From the NCBI GenBank assembly GCA_965116495.1, contig OZ220696.1:2432001-2496000 (forward strand): a stretch of DNA of 64,000 nucleotides, written 5' to 3'. The DNA comes from Gammaproteobacteria bacterium. Lineage in GTDB: Bacteria; Pseudomonadota; Gammaproteobacteria; Eutrophobiales; Eutrophobiaceae. The notes below the pieces were generated by a model. It made no database searches. It was not told where the DNA came from and worked only from the letters and a program-made list of their open reading frames with translations. Of the stretch, positions 50,531-59,569 are shown in pieces. Position 1 is the stretch's first letter. Each line of letters begins with the position of its first letter. A program made the position numbers and the translations under genes.

Positions 50531-51898
50531 ATGAATAAAACCGTAACAAACACCTCCGGCTGGCAGGCACTCGACAGCGCCCACCACCTGCATCCCTTTT
50601 CCGACACAAAGGCACTGGCACAGGAAGGTTGCCGGGTGATTACCCGCGCAGACGGGATTTATATCTGGGACTCGGACGGGAACCGCCTGCTGGACGGCAT
50701 GGCCGGTCTGTGGTGCGTCAACATTGGCTACGGTCGCAAGGAACTGGCCGATGCGGCCTATCGGCAAATGCTTGAACTGCCTTATTACAATAATTTCTTC
50801 AAGACTTCTGTGCCCTCAGCAATCGAACTGGCAGGGTTGCTGGCGGAGGTCACTGCGCCGCATTTGAATCATGTTTTTTTTACCAACTCCGGTTCCGAGG
50901 CCAACGATACGGTGTTCAGGCTGGTGCGGCGCTACTGGGACCTGGCCGGCAAACCCGGGAAGGAAGTGATCATCAGCCGCGACCACGCCTACCACGGCAG
51001 CACCATAGCAGCCGCCAGTCTTGGCGGGATGAAGCCGATGCACGAACAGGGCCACTTGCCTATACCCGGTATCAGGCATATCGCTCCGCCCTACTGGTAT
51101 CGGGACGGGGGTGATCTGTCCCCGGAGGAATTCGGCAGGGCGAGCGCGCGCCTGCTGGAGGAAGAAATCAACTCATTGGGGGCGGACCGGGTCGCCGCCT
51201 TTATCGGTGAGCCGATCCAGTGCGCCGGCGGTTTGATCGTGCCGCCGCAGAGCTATTGGCCGGAAATTCAGCGCATCTGTAATGAATACGACGTCCTGTT
51301 GGTCGCGGACGAAGTGATCTGCGGTTTCGGCCGTCTCGGCGAATGGTTCGGTTCCGACTATTACCGCCTGCAACCCGACCTGACGCCGATAGCCAAGGGC
51401 CTGTCGTCCGGCTACCTGCCCATCGGCGGCGTAATGGTGGGGGACCGGGTAGCTGATCTGTTTATCGGGGAAGGCGAAGAGTTCGCTCACGGGTTCACCT
51501 ACTCCGGCCATCCCGCTGCCTGTGCGGTAGCCCTGGCCAATATCGCCATCATGCGGGATGAGAAAATCGTCGAAAACGTCAGAGACAACACGGGACCCTA
51601 TCTTGAACAGTGCTGGAACGAACTCGCGGAACATCCCCTGGTAGGCGAGACGAGGGGCGTCGGTTTCCTGCGGGGACTGGAACTGGTAAAGAACAAACAA
51701 GCGCGGGAGTTTTTTGACCCCGTCGGCAAGGTCGGACAGATCTGCCGTGAAATCTGTTTCAATAACGGCTTGATCATGCGCGCCGTACGGGACACCATGG
51801 TCGTCTCGCCACCCCTGATCATGACGAGGGAGCAGATTGACGAACTTATTGAACTGGTCAACCAATGCCTGGACCTGACCGCAAGAGAACTGAGCTGA
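50531..51898 (+). CDS. Class III aminotransferase, putrescine--pyruvate type (SpuC-like)
   Basis: HHLHPF.D, DGMAGLWCVN.GYGR, DEVICGFGR, AKGLSSGY.P, HGFTYSGHP. Confidence 0.92.
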   Translation: MNKTVTNTSGWQALDSAHHLHPFSDTKALAQEGCRVITRADGIYIWDSDGNRLLDGMAGLWCVNIGYGRKELADAAYRQMLELPYYNNFFKTSVPSAIELAGLLAEVTAPHLNHVFFTNSGSEANDTVFRLVRRYWDLAGKPGKEVIISRDHAYHGSTIAAASLGGMKPMHEQGHLPIPGIRHIAPPYWYRDGGDLSPEEFGRASARLLEEEINSLGADRVAAFIGEPIQCAGGLIVPPQSYWPEIQRICNEYDVLLVADEVICGFGRLGEWFGSDYYRLQPDLTPIAKGLSSGYLPIGGVMVGDRVADLFIGEGEEFAHGFTYSGHPAACAVALANIAIMRDEKIVENVRDNTGPYLEQCWNELAEHPLVGETRGVGFLRGLELVKNKQAREFFDPVGKVGQICREICFNNGLIMRAVRDTMVVSPPLIMTREQIDELIELVNQCLDLTARELS

Positions 51899-51921
51899 TA
51901 TGAGGCGTACTGGAGGGTAAC

Positions 51922-53757
51922 ATGAGCTGGCAAGGTCAAATACTACGGGTCAACCTGACCGATCTGAGCTGTGCTATCGAACCGCTGAACGAGGAATGGG
52001 CGCAATCCTACCTCGGACAGCGCGGACTGGGCACCAAGTACCTGTATGAAGAGATAGACCCCGGGGTCGACCCGGTGTCTCCCGAGAATAAATTAATCTT
52101 TGCTACCGGCCCGCTGACCGGCACCATGGCCTCAACCGGGGGGCGCTTTTCCGTCATTACCAAGGGCGCATTGACGAATGCCATCGCCTGCTCCAATTCC
52201 GGCGGCCAGTTCGGCGCCGAACTGAAGCTGGCCGGGTATGACCTGCTGATCCTGGAGGGCAAGGCGCCGCACCCCGTTTACCTGCATATCGAAAACGAGC
52301 GGGTCAACCTGCTTCCTGCTTCCCACTTGTGGGGCAGGAGCGTCTGGGAGACTGAAACGACCATAAAGCAGGACCACAATGACCCGCTCATCCACGTCGC
52401 CTCGGTCGGGCCCAGCGCCGAGTACGGTTGCCGGTTTGCCTGTGTGGTCAACGACATGCACCGGGCCGCCGGCCGCTCGGGCGTAGGTACGGTAATGGGA
52501 TCGAAACACCTGAAGGCTATTGCCGTCAGGGGCACAAAAGGTCTCAGCGTGTCTGACCCGGAGGCATTCATGCAGGTGGCGATGAGCACCGCACAAGCCA
52601 TGCGTGAAGACGACGGGCGCAAAGCCTTGACCAACGAAGGCACCATCAGCATGATGGATACGACCAACGTCTACGGCACACTGCCCACCCGAAATTTCCG
52701 CGAGGTCCAGTTCGAAGGCGCCGACAAGATCGGCATGAGCGCGATGAAGGAGGCCAACGAGAACGGCCACGCCAACCTTGTCACAAACAGCGCCTGCTTC
52801 GGCTGTACTATCGGCTGCGGCAGGGTCTGCCACATCGACCCGGAGCATTTTTCCGTCAAGGACAAACCGCAATATCATGGCGCCTCCGGCGGTCTCGAAT
52901 ACGAAACGGCCTACGCCCTGGGCTCCGGTGTGGGCGTAGACGACATCGACGCAGCCACCTATGCCGGATTCCTCTGCAACGAATACGGTATGGACCCCAT
53001 CACCCTGGGCGGTTCCATCGCCGCGGCCATGGAATTATTCGATATCGGCGCGATTGATGAAGCGGTGACCGGCGGCATCAAACTGGAATTCGGTTCAGCC
53101 GAGGCCTTGTGCGCAATGACGGAGGCTGTTGCCAGGGGAGAAGGGTTCGGCCGGGACGTCGGTATGGGATCGAAGTTGTTGTGTGAAAAGTATGGCCATC
53201 CCGAACTTTCCATGTCGGTCAAGGGCCAGGAATTCGCCGCCTATGACGGACGCAGCATGCAGGGTATGGGACTGGGATATGCTACCAGCAACCGGGGCGC
53301 CTGCCATTTGCGCGCCGGTCCTTACGAGGATGATTTCACTACCCTGGAAACCGCCGGCAAGGCACAGGTGGTTAAGGAAACACAGGACTTTATAGCCACA
53401 GTCGATTCCAGCGGCTTATGCCTGTTCTCCGGTTTCGCCGGCTTTTCCGAGGAACTCGTTGCCGAACACATCAACGCCGCCTGCAAGGGGGAATGGGACC
53501 ATGCCCGTTTGCAGGAAACCGGGGAGCGCATCTGGAACCTGGAACGGCAATTCAACCTGGCTGCCGGTTTGACCCGCAAGGATGACACCCTGCCGCCCAG
53601 GATACTTACCGAACCGGCTCCCAGCGGCGTCGGCAAGGGATTGGTGTGCAAGCTGGACGAGATGCTGCCGAATTATTACAATCTGCGCGGCTGGGATGAG
53701 GACGGCGTGCCTGCTCCAGAAACCCTGGAACGGCTCGGGCTTTCAGGCAGCAGGTAG
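51922..53757 (+). CDS. Tungsten-type aldehyde:ferredoxin oxidoreductase catalytic subunit
   Basis: SNSGG.FG.ELK.AGYD, AAGR.GVG.VMGSK.LKAI, CxxCxxxC, EYET, RGACH, DSSGLC. Confidence 0.92.
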   Translation: MSWQGQILRVNLTDLSCAIEPLNEEWAQSYLGQRGLGTKYLYEEIDPGVDPVSPENKLIFATGPLTGTMASTGGRFSVITKGALTNAIACSNSGGQFGAELKLAGYDLLILEGKAPHPVYLHIENERVNLLPASHLWGRSVWETETTIKQDHNDPLIHVASVGPSAEYGCRFACVVNDMHRAAGRSGVGTVMGSKHLKAIAVRGTKGLSVSDPEAFMQVAMSTAQAMREDDGRKALTNEGTISMMDTTNVYGTLPTRNFREVQFEGADKIGMSAMKEANENGHANLVTNSACFGCTIGCGRVCHIDPEHFSVKDKPQYHGASGGLEYETAYALGSGVGVDDIDAATYAGFLCNEYGMDPITLGGSIAAAMELFDIGAIDEAVTGGIKLEFGSAEALCAMTEAVARGEGFGRDVGMGSKLLCEKYGHPELSMSVKGQEFAAYDGRSMQGMGLGYATSNRGACHLRAGPYEDDFTTLETAGKAQVVKETQDFIATVDSSGLCLFSGFAGFSEELVAEHINAACKGEWDHARLQETGERIWNLERQFNLAAGLTRKDDTLPPRILTEPAPSGVGKGLVCKLDEMLPNYYNLRGWDEDGVPAPETLERLGLSGSR

Positions 53758-53759
53758 CA

Positions 53760-54027
53760 TGCCAGCGGTATCAGCGGAGAGGAACGTCTGAGAAAATCCC
53801 AAGGCAAGGACATTTCCGATCTAATCCAGAAAATGCGCTGGGCCGGCCACGGCGTCAACGTCACCCACCTGGCCGGCCAGGTCGTGGCCGATGCTAGCGC
53901 CGGCACTTATGAACGGTTCGACGTTTTCGAGAAGGTGAAGCACTACCGTATCCCCGGCGGTCAGTGGGTCGGCAACCAACTGCTTGCCCTGGGGATGATC
54001 TATTTTCGGCTGTTGGATCTCCTTTAA
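53760..54027 (+). pseudogene. PuuB-like FAD oxidoreductase remnant
   Basis: GHGVNVTHLAG..VADA..G..ERFDVF....H...PGG C-terminus without the FAD-binding N-terminus. Confidence 0.7.
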
Positions 54028-54127
54028 GGGACCGCCCGGCCCCATCCGGCGAATGCCAGCCATTGCAATCGTTATTTGTAGTTGATTTTGCTTGTCATAT
54101 CGTCACTTATCGGGTATTTTTGACGAC

Positions 54128-55276
54128 ATGGTGTACCAAAGAATTACCAGACTACCAAGCCGCAGTTTCTTCCTGTTCGGTGTGCGAGGCGTTGGCAAGA
54201 GCTCATGGGTGCGTGTAACGCTTCCAAACGCACTACGCTTTGACCTGTTGGATGAAGCGCTATATCACGACCTCCTGGCTGACCCGTCGCTGTTTCGAGA
54301 ATTGGTTTCCACCGTTTCACATGGTGATTGGGTTGTCATCGATGAGGTACAGCGCATTCCTGCGCTGTTGAATGAGGTGCATCGACTGATAGAGGAACGC
54401 GGCCTGCGCTTTGCCCTGCTCGGCTCCAGCGCACGAAAACTCAAAACCGCGGGCACAAACCTGCTGGCCGGGCGGGCAAATCGTAAAGCCATGTACCCGC
54501 TGGTTGCGCAAGAACTCAGCACCGATTTCATCCTGGAAGACGTGCTCAGGTACGGCAGCATCCCCCTGGTCTGGACTGCGGACAACCGTCGTGAAGTCCT
54601 GGAAAGCTATACTCAACTATACCTGAGGGAAGAAATTCGCGCGGAAGCCATAGTCCGCAACTTGTCCGGTTTCGTTCGTTTCCTGCCCATTGCCGCGTTG
54701 CTTCACGGGCAGACCGTTAATGTAACGGGCATCGCCCGGGATGCCGGGGTAGCGCGCACTACCGTTACCGGCTACCTGGAGGTTCTTGAAGACACCTTGC
54801 TCACTTGGCGCCTGCCCGCTTTCGAAGCCAAACTGCGGGTGCGTGAACGACGACGCCCAAAACTCTACTGGGTCGACTCCGGCCTGGTGCGAGCCGTGAA
54901 ACGCCAGTTCGGACCCGTGTCAGTGGAGGAACGCGGCGCCCTGTTCGAGGGCTGGGTTCTCAGTCTGTTGCGCGCCCACGCGGAAGAGCAATCGGTATTT
55001 GACACAATTCATTACTGGGCGCCGGCAGAATCGAACACTGAGGTCGATTTCCTGCTCAGCCGGGATACCGAATACCTCGCCATCGAGGTCAAAGCGGCAA
55101 GACGGTATAACACTGTCTTACTCAAGGGGTTACGCGCCATTAATGACCTGCCACACCTGGTCCGCCGTATTCTCATCTACGACGGCGCGCGCGTCTTCCG
55201 TACCGAGGACGGTATTGACGTGTGGCCGGTAAAACAATTGCTCGAAGCGTTGCAAACAGATGCGCTTTGGCCCTGA
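54128..55276 (+). CDS. AAA+ ATPase (AAA_14) with DUF4143 / PD-(D/E)xK nuclease C-terminus
   Basis: GVRGVGKS, IDEVQ, GSS, LAGR, KLYWVDSG, G.LFE, EVDF...IEVK. Confidence 0.88.
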   Translation: MVYQRITRLPSRSFFLFGVRGVGKSSWVRVTLPNALRFDLLDEALYHDLLADPSLFRELVSTVSHGDWVVIDEVQRIPALLNEVHRLIEERGLRFALLGSSARKLKTAGTNLLAGRANRKAMYPLVAQELSTDFILEDVLRYGSIPLVWTADNRREVLESYTQLYLREEIRAEAIVRNLSGFVRFLPIAALLHGQTVNVTGIARDAGVARTTVTGYLEVLEDTLLTWRLPAFEAKLRVRERRRPKLYWVDSGLVRAVKRQFGPVSVEERGALFEGWVLSLLRAHAEEQSVFDTIHYWAPAESNTEVDFLLSRDTEYLAIEVKAARRYNTVLLKGLRAINDLPHLVRRILIYDGARVFRTEDGIDVWPVKQLLEALQTDALWP

Positions 55277-55337
55277 AGCCGGAGCAATACCTGGACACCA
55301 TTGACCGGGGTGGCGCTGTATTAGCTGTCCCTAATAC

Positions 55338-56279
55338 TCATTTGGAAGCATAGAGATAAAGCATCTCCAGCGCCAGGCTGGCGCCGGCCAGGGAGGTGAT
55401 CTCCCCCACGTCATAATCAGGCGCTACCTCAACAACGTCCATGCCGACCAGGTTGATCCCGGCGAGGCCGCGCAGGATCTGCTGGGCCTGGTGGGTGGAC
55501 AGGCCGCCGATCACCGGCGTACCCGTTCCGGGGGCATAGCAGGGGTCCAGGCAGTCGATATCGAAGGTGAGGTAACAGGCTTGCTCACCAACGACCTTCC
55601 GTATCTCGTCGATGACGGCGTCACAACCGTGCTCGTGTACCCAGGGCGCCTTCAACTGGTTGAATCCCCAGGATTCCTTGTTGAAGGTACGCAATCCCAC
55701 CTGTATGGATTGTTCCGGATTGAGGATGCCCTCTTTTACGGCGTGGTAGAACATGGTGCCGTGGTCTACCCGGCCGTCGTCACCCTCCCAGGTGTCCGAA
55801 TGGGCATCGAAGTGGATCAACGACAGCGGTCCGTATTTTTCCGCATGGGCCTGGAGAATGGGCCAGGTAATAAAGTGATCGCCGCCAAGCGACAATACCG
55901 CCACGTCCTCGGAAATGATTTCGGTTATATGCTCCCGGATATCAGCGGGAATGGTTTCCGGGAAACCGCGGTTGAATTCACAATCACCGTAATCGACGAC
56001 AGCCAGTTTATCGAAGGCGTTGAAACCCCAGTCATCCAGCCTGGTCCAACTCAACTGTGTGGAAGCCTGGCGTATGGAACGCGGGCCGAACCTGGCCCCG
56101 GGCCGGTTTGACGTGGCCGTATCCAGCGGTATGCCCGTAACCGCCACATCGACGCCTGCAAGGTCGCAGGAGTACTTGCGCCGCATGAAGCTCAGGACGC
56201 CGCTGTACATCGGTTCGCTACGGGTGCCGCGCAGGTCCTCCCGGTGAATGGCCTGGTCGATAAAATAATCTTCAGTCAT
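55338..56279 (-). CDS. speB: Agmatinase
   Basis: RPGARFGP, GGDH, DAHSD, DIDCLDP..APGTGTP. Confidence 0.92.
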   Translation of the reverse strand: MTEDYFIDQAIHREDLRGTRSEPMYSGVLSFMRRKYSCDLAGVDVAVTGIPLDTATSNRPGARFGPRSIRQASTQLSWTRLDDWGFNAFDKLAVVDYGDCEFNRGFPETIPADIREHITEIISEDVAVLSLGGDHFITWPILQAHAEKYGPLSLIHFDAHSDTWEGDDGRVDHGTMFYHAVKEGILNPEQSIQVGLRTFNKESWGFNQLKAPWVHEHGCDAVIDEIRKVVGEQACYLTFDIDCLDPCYAPGTGTPVIGGLSTHQAQQILRGLAGINLVGMDVVEVAPDYDVGEITSLAGASLALEMLYLYASK

Positions 56280-56926
56280 GGTTCATCTCTGATTGGCGCC
56301 TCCACTGCACAATGGCGGCAATGGCTTACATGGGTGCACGGCTCCTTGGCGTGCCTGACAATCAATGCATGATACTCATTATACAGCCTGTGGTCGGCAG
56401 GAAGACAGGATTCGAACATCCGCCGCAACGTTTCATAGTCTTCCCTGCCCCGGATCAGCTCCAGCCCGGTTAACAGGCGGCGGGTGTAGGTGTCGATAAC
56501 GAATACCGGGCGGTCAAAGGCATAGAGCAGGATGTCATCAGCCGTCTCAGGCCCTACGCCGTTGATTGACAGCAACGCCTGTCTGAGCCTGCCGGTGTCC
56601 CATTGAGCTACGGCGTCCAGGCCACCCTGTGAATGTAACCACCCGCACAGGTTCTGCAGGCGTTGCGCCTTTACGTTGAAGAAACCGGAGGATTTGATCA
56701 GTTCGGCCAATTCATCCCGGGGTAACGCAACAATCCTGCCCAACTCAAGCGCGCCGGCATCTTTCAGTCCTGTTATTGCCTTTTCGACATTCTTCCAACT
56801 GGTGTTCTGGGTGAGTACTGCGCCGACGATCACCTCGAAAGCGGATTCTGCCGGCCACCAGTGCTGCGGCCCGTAACTATCCAGCAGTCGATCGTACAAC
56901 GCGGCCAATTTGTCGCAGGAGATCAT
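56276..56926 (-). CDS. HhH-GPD endonuclease III-related protein
   Basis: GPQHWWP, GAVLTQNT.W.NV, GVGPETAD.ILLYA, EYHALIV.H. Confidence 0.88.
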   Translation of the reverse strand: MISCDKLAALYDRLLDSYGPQHWWPAESAFEVIVGAVLTQNTSWKNVEKAITGLKDAGALELGRIVALPRDELAELIKSSGFFNVKAQRLQNLCGWLHSQGGLDAVAQWDTGRLRQALLSINGVGPETADDILLYAFDRPVFVIDTYTRRLLTGLELIRGREDYETLRRMFESCLPADHRLYNEYHALIVRHAKEPCTHVSHCRHCAVEAPIRDEP

Positions 56927-56955
56927 TTGTTATATTTTAACCAGTGAAAACAGCC

Positions 56956-56981
56956 GGGGACAGATTAATAAATCTGTCCCC
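56956..56981. repeat. REP-like hairpin GGGGACAGATT-N4-AATCTGTCCCC
   Basis: Perfect 11-bp stem in a divergent intergenic region. Confidence 0.7.
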
Positions 56982-56991
56982 AATACCAGGT

Positions 56992-57021
56992 ATCCTGTAT
57001 ATCCTGTCCATCCATGTTAAA
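56992..57021. repeat. CAGGAT-periodic repeat arm
   Basis: Reverse complement matches 63104-63133 at 29 of 30 positions; contains the gluQ ATG. Confidence 0.75.
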
Positions 57022-57901
57022 CACGTCTTATATCGGGCGCTTTGCCCCTACTCCCAGCGGCCCGCTCCATTTCGGCTCCATCGTCGCAGCGCTGGCAAGT
57101 TATCTTGACGCCCGCCATAACGGCGGCAAGTGGTTGTTGCGGATTGAGGATATCGATACGCCACGGGTGCGAGCGGGGGCGGACCGGCAAATCATCAATA
57201 CCCTGGAAATCCTCGGCCTTGAGTGGGACGGCGCTATCTTTTACCAGAGCAGGCGCCTGGACCAATATCAAGATGCGTTGACAAAGCTTGCACATAACGA
57301 CCTGTTGTACCGTTGCTGCTGCCCCAGGAAGATTACCAAAGGCAAGCCATACCCAGGCACGTGCAGAAAGCGCACAAACCATGACGAAAAACCCTATTCC
57401 ATGCGAGTAAGAATACTGGATAGGTCAATTAGTTATGCAGATGTAATTCAAGGCCAAATGACAGGACGGTTGAACGAACTGACCGGAGATTTCATCCTGC
57501 GCCGTTCGGACGGGTTGATTGCCTATAACCTGGCCGTGGCCATTGACGATGCCGCGCAGGATATCACCCGCGTTGTACGCGGTTCGGATCTGCTCGACAC
57601 CACCTTCAACCAGATTTACCTGCAATCTGTCCTGAACCTGCCTACGCCGGAATATGCTCACCACCCGCTCGTGGTTGATGGCGCGGGGAAGAAAATCAGC
57701 AAACAGGATGGGGCGACGGACGTACTGACCGGAATCTCTCCCGAAGAAGTGCTGCTGCGCGCGTTACGCTTCCTGGGACAGGCGCCAGATCCAGAACTGT
57801 CATATGCCGAAAAGCGTGACATCCTCGCCTGGGCAATCACCCGTTGGAGAATTGATGCAGTCAGCACTTCGTCTACGGGCCAAGCACGCCTACAGGAATA
57901 A
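57014..57901 (+). CDS. gluQ: Glutamyl-Q tRNA(Asp) synthetase
   Basis: GRFAPTPSGPLHFGS, LRIEDID.PR, VRG.DL, KISKQ; lacks the anticodon-binding domain. Confidence 0.93.
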   Translation: MLNTSYIGRFAPTPSGPLHFGSIVAALASYLDARHNGGKWLLRIEDIDTPRVRAGADRQIINTLEILGLEWDGAIFYQSRRLDQYQDALTKLAHNDLLYRCCCPRKITKGKPYPGTCRKRTNHDEKPYSMRVRILDRSISYADVIQGQMTGRLNELTGDFILRRSDGLIAYNLAVAIDDAAQDITRVVRGSDLLDTTFNQIYLQSVLNLPTPEYAHHPLVVDGAGKKISKQDGATDVLTGISPEEVLLRALRFLGQAPDPELSYAEKRDILAWAITRWRIDAVSTSSTGQARLQE

Positions 57902-59120
57902 CCGCAATACCATCCTCCCGCCGGTATGCATAGCCGGAACTTACAATTACGCCCAGGGTCCCCGGGTTTCCACATTTGGCCAGGTCGAGACGAGTACGAA
58001 ATTTCAGTAAATTGGCAGCAGCTTCGTCTACCTGACCGACCCCCAGTTTGACCTCGAATGCACACCATTCTCCATTTCTGCGTTGTACGATTGTATCCAC
58101 TTCAAGACCGGTGTTGTCGCGGTAATGATAGACATCAGCGTCGGCCGCGCGCGCATAAATATTGAGTTCCCTGAAGACCAGAGATTCAAACAACTGGCCC
58201 AGCAGGTTCAGGTCCAGTAACAGACGCTCCGGATTTGCCCGGAGCGCTGCAACCGCAAGGGACGGGTCGACGAAATGACGTTTAACCGAAGCGCGCTGGG
58301 AAGACTTGGAGCGTAAGTGAGTCGGCCATGCCGGCTGTTCCTCGCAAACCATGAGCCGGACCAGGGCCGACAGGTAGTCCCGGACGGTATCATCGTTCAG
58401 CGGTCCGTCCGCGCCGCCTGCATCGGCAGCGATCGTCCGGGCGCTGACCTCTGTGGCTACGTTACGCGCCAACGAGCGAATAACCCTGGTTACTTTATCT
58501 GGATCTCGCCGGACGCCATCCACCCGCCTGATATCAAGTCGTTGAATCTCCTCCAGGTAGTCCCGCTGTGCCCTCAGACTTGCATCGAGTTGCAGGTTCA
58601 GGTTGCCGGGCCAACCGCCCCGGCATAACTGTTCGGTAATATCGCTTAGCTTATGTCCTGGATCTGCACAGCCCGAAAAGCGTCCGGCAAACAAATCGAG
58701 CAGGGATATTTCTGCAGAGGAAAATCCGGTTTCTGTCAGGCTCATTGTGCGTAACCGGAGGCGCGAAATCCTGCCCGCACCGGTATGGCGCGTGATGTCA
58801 TCGGCGGGTACGGCTGAACCGGTGAGTATGAACTGTCCGGCTTGCTGGCGTTGATCGGCCATCCGCCGGACATGATTCCAGATGGCAGGCTCGACCTGCC
58901 ATTCATCAATCAACCTGGGTGTCTCCCCCGCAAGTACCAGCGCAGGGTCAACGGCTATGGTTCGACGTGCATTTTCATCCACATCCAACAGGACTTCACT
59001 TTTGGCGACTTGTCTTGCCGTAGCCGTTTTGCCGCAGGCTTTGGGACCTTCAATGACGACAATGCCGGCCGACTCCAACCGCTCAGTAAGCTCACTATCC
59101 GCAATTCTGGGGTAATACAT
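57873..59120 (-). CDS. AAA+ ATPase (AAA_14) with DUF4143 / PD-(D/E)xK nuclease C-terminus
   Basis: GPKACGKT, LIDEWQ, LTGS, GAGR, GGWP, FVDPSL, G.LFES, EVD...FEVK. Confidence 0.88.
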   Translation of the reverse strand: MYYPRIADSELTERLESAGIVVIEGPKACGKTATARQVAKSEVLLDVDENARRTIAVDPALVLAGETPRLIDEWQVEPAIWNHVRRMADQRQQAGQFILTGSAVPADDITRHTGAGRISRLRLRTMSLTETGFSSAEISLLDLFAGRFSGCADPGHKLSDITEQLCRGGWPGNLNLQLDASLRAQRDYLEEIQRLDIRRVDGVRRDPDKVTRVIRSLARNVATEVSARTIAADAGGADGPLNDDTVRDYLSALVRLMVCEEQPAWPTHLRSKSSQRASVKRHFVDPSLAVAALRANPERLLLDLNLLGQLFESLVFRELNIYARAADADVYHYRDNTGLEVDTIVQRRNGEWCAFEVKLGVGQVDEAAANLLKFRTRLDLAKCGNPGTLGVIVSSGYAYRREDGIAVIPVGVLGP

Positions 59121-59182
59121 GTAGTTTCACCTGACAGGTCGATCCTGCTGTTTCAACATTTTCGACAGTATATACACTATAT

Positions 59183-59266
59183 AACCGGGCATTTGTAACA
59201 ATTATAACCGGGTATTTGTAACGATTTCAACCGGGTATTTGTATTGTATTAAACCGGGCATTTGTA
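59183..59266. repeat. Four tandem direct repeats, 23-bp period, core AACCGGGYATTTGTA
   Basis: Cores start at 59183, 59206, 59229 and 59252; 8-nt linkers acaattat, acgatttc, ttgtatta. Confidence 0.9.
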
Positions 59267-59354
59267 ATAGTTTTATGAGAGGAGTTGACAACATTTCTTT
59301 CACTACTTTCCTGAAGCTGTCAATATAATATATGTCTGTCAGTTATCGGAACAT

Positions 59355-59537
59355 ATGCGAGTAACCATTATCGGAGGCGGGGTGACAGGAGTTACAACCG
59401 CTTACTACCTGCAGCAACACGGGGCTGAGGTCACAGTCCTGGAGCGGAGTCACGGCGCCGGGCTGGAAACCAGTTTCGGCAACGGCGGCGGTCTGACCGC
59501 AGGCGTTGTTAGAACTTGCCGGCCAACATGTGTATAG
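59355..59537 (+). pseudogene. D-amino acid dehydrogenase (DadA-like) N-terminal fragment
   Basis: IIGGGVTGVTTAYYL...VTVLER....LETSFGNGG followed by a premature end. Confidence 0.75.
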
Positions 59538-59569
59538 TAATTCAACAGTCCTGATGACGGAAAACAGAC

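Noticed and set aside
54068-54126. atcgggtattt upstream of the first DUF4143 gene, resembling the 23-bp array core
   Set aside because: Single 10-of-11 match with no periodicity; could easily be chance
55303-55333. Degenerate GGGG...TGTCCC hairpin, and half-arm ccgggacaccc near 32851
   Set aside because: Too degenerate to call as members of the REP-like family
59183-59266. CRISPR array interpretation of the tandem repeats
   Set aside because: The 15-bp repeat and 8-bp linkers are far too short, and no cas genes are in the window
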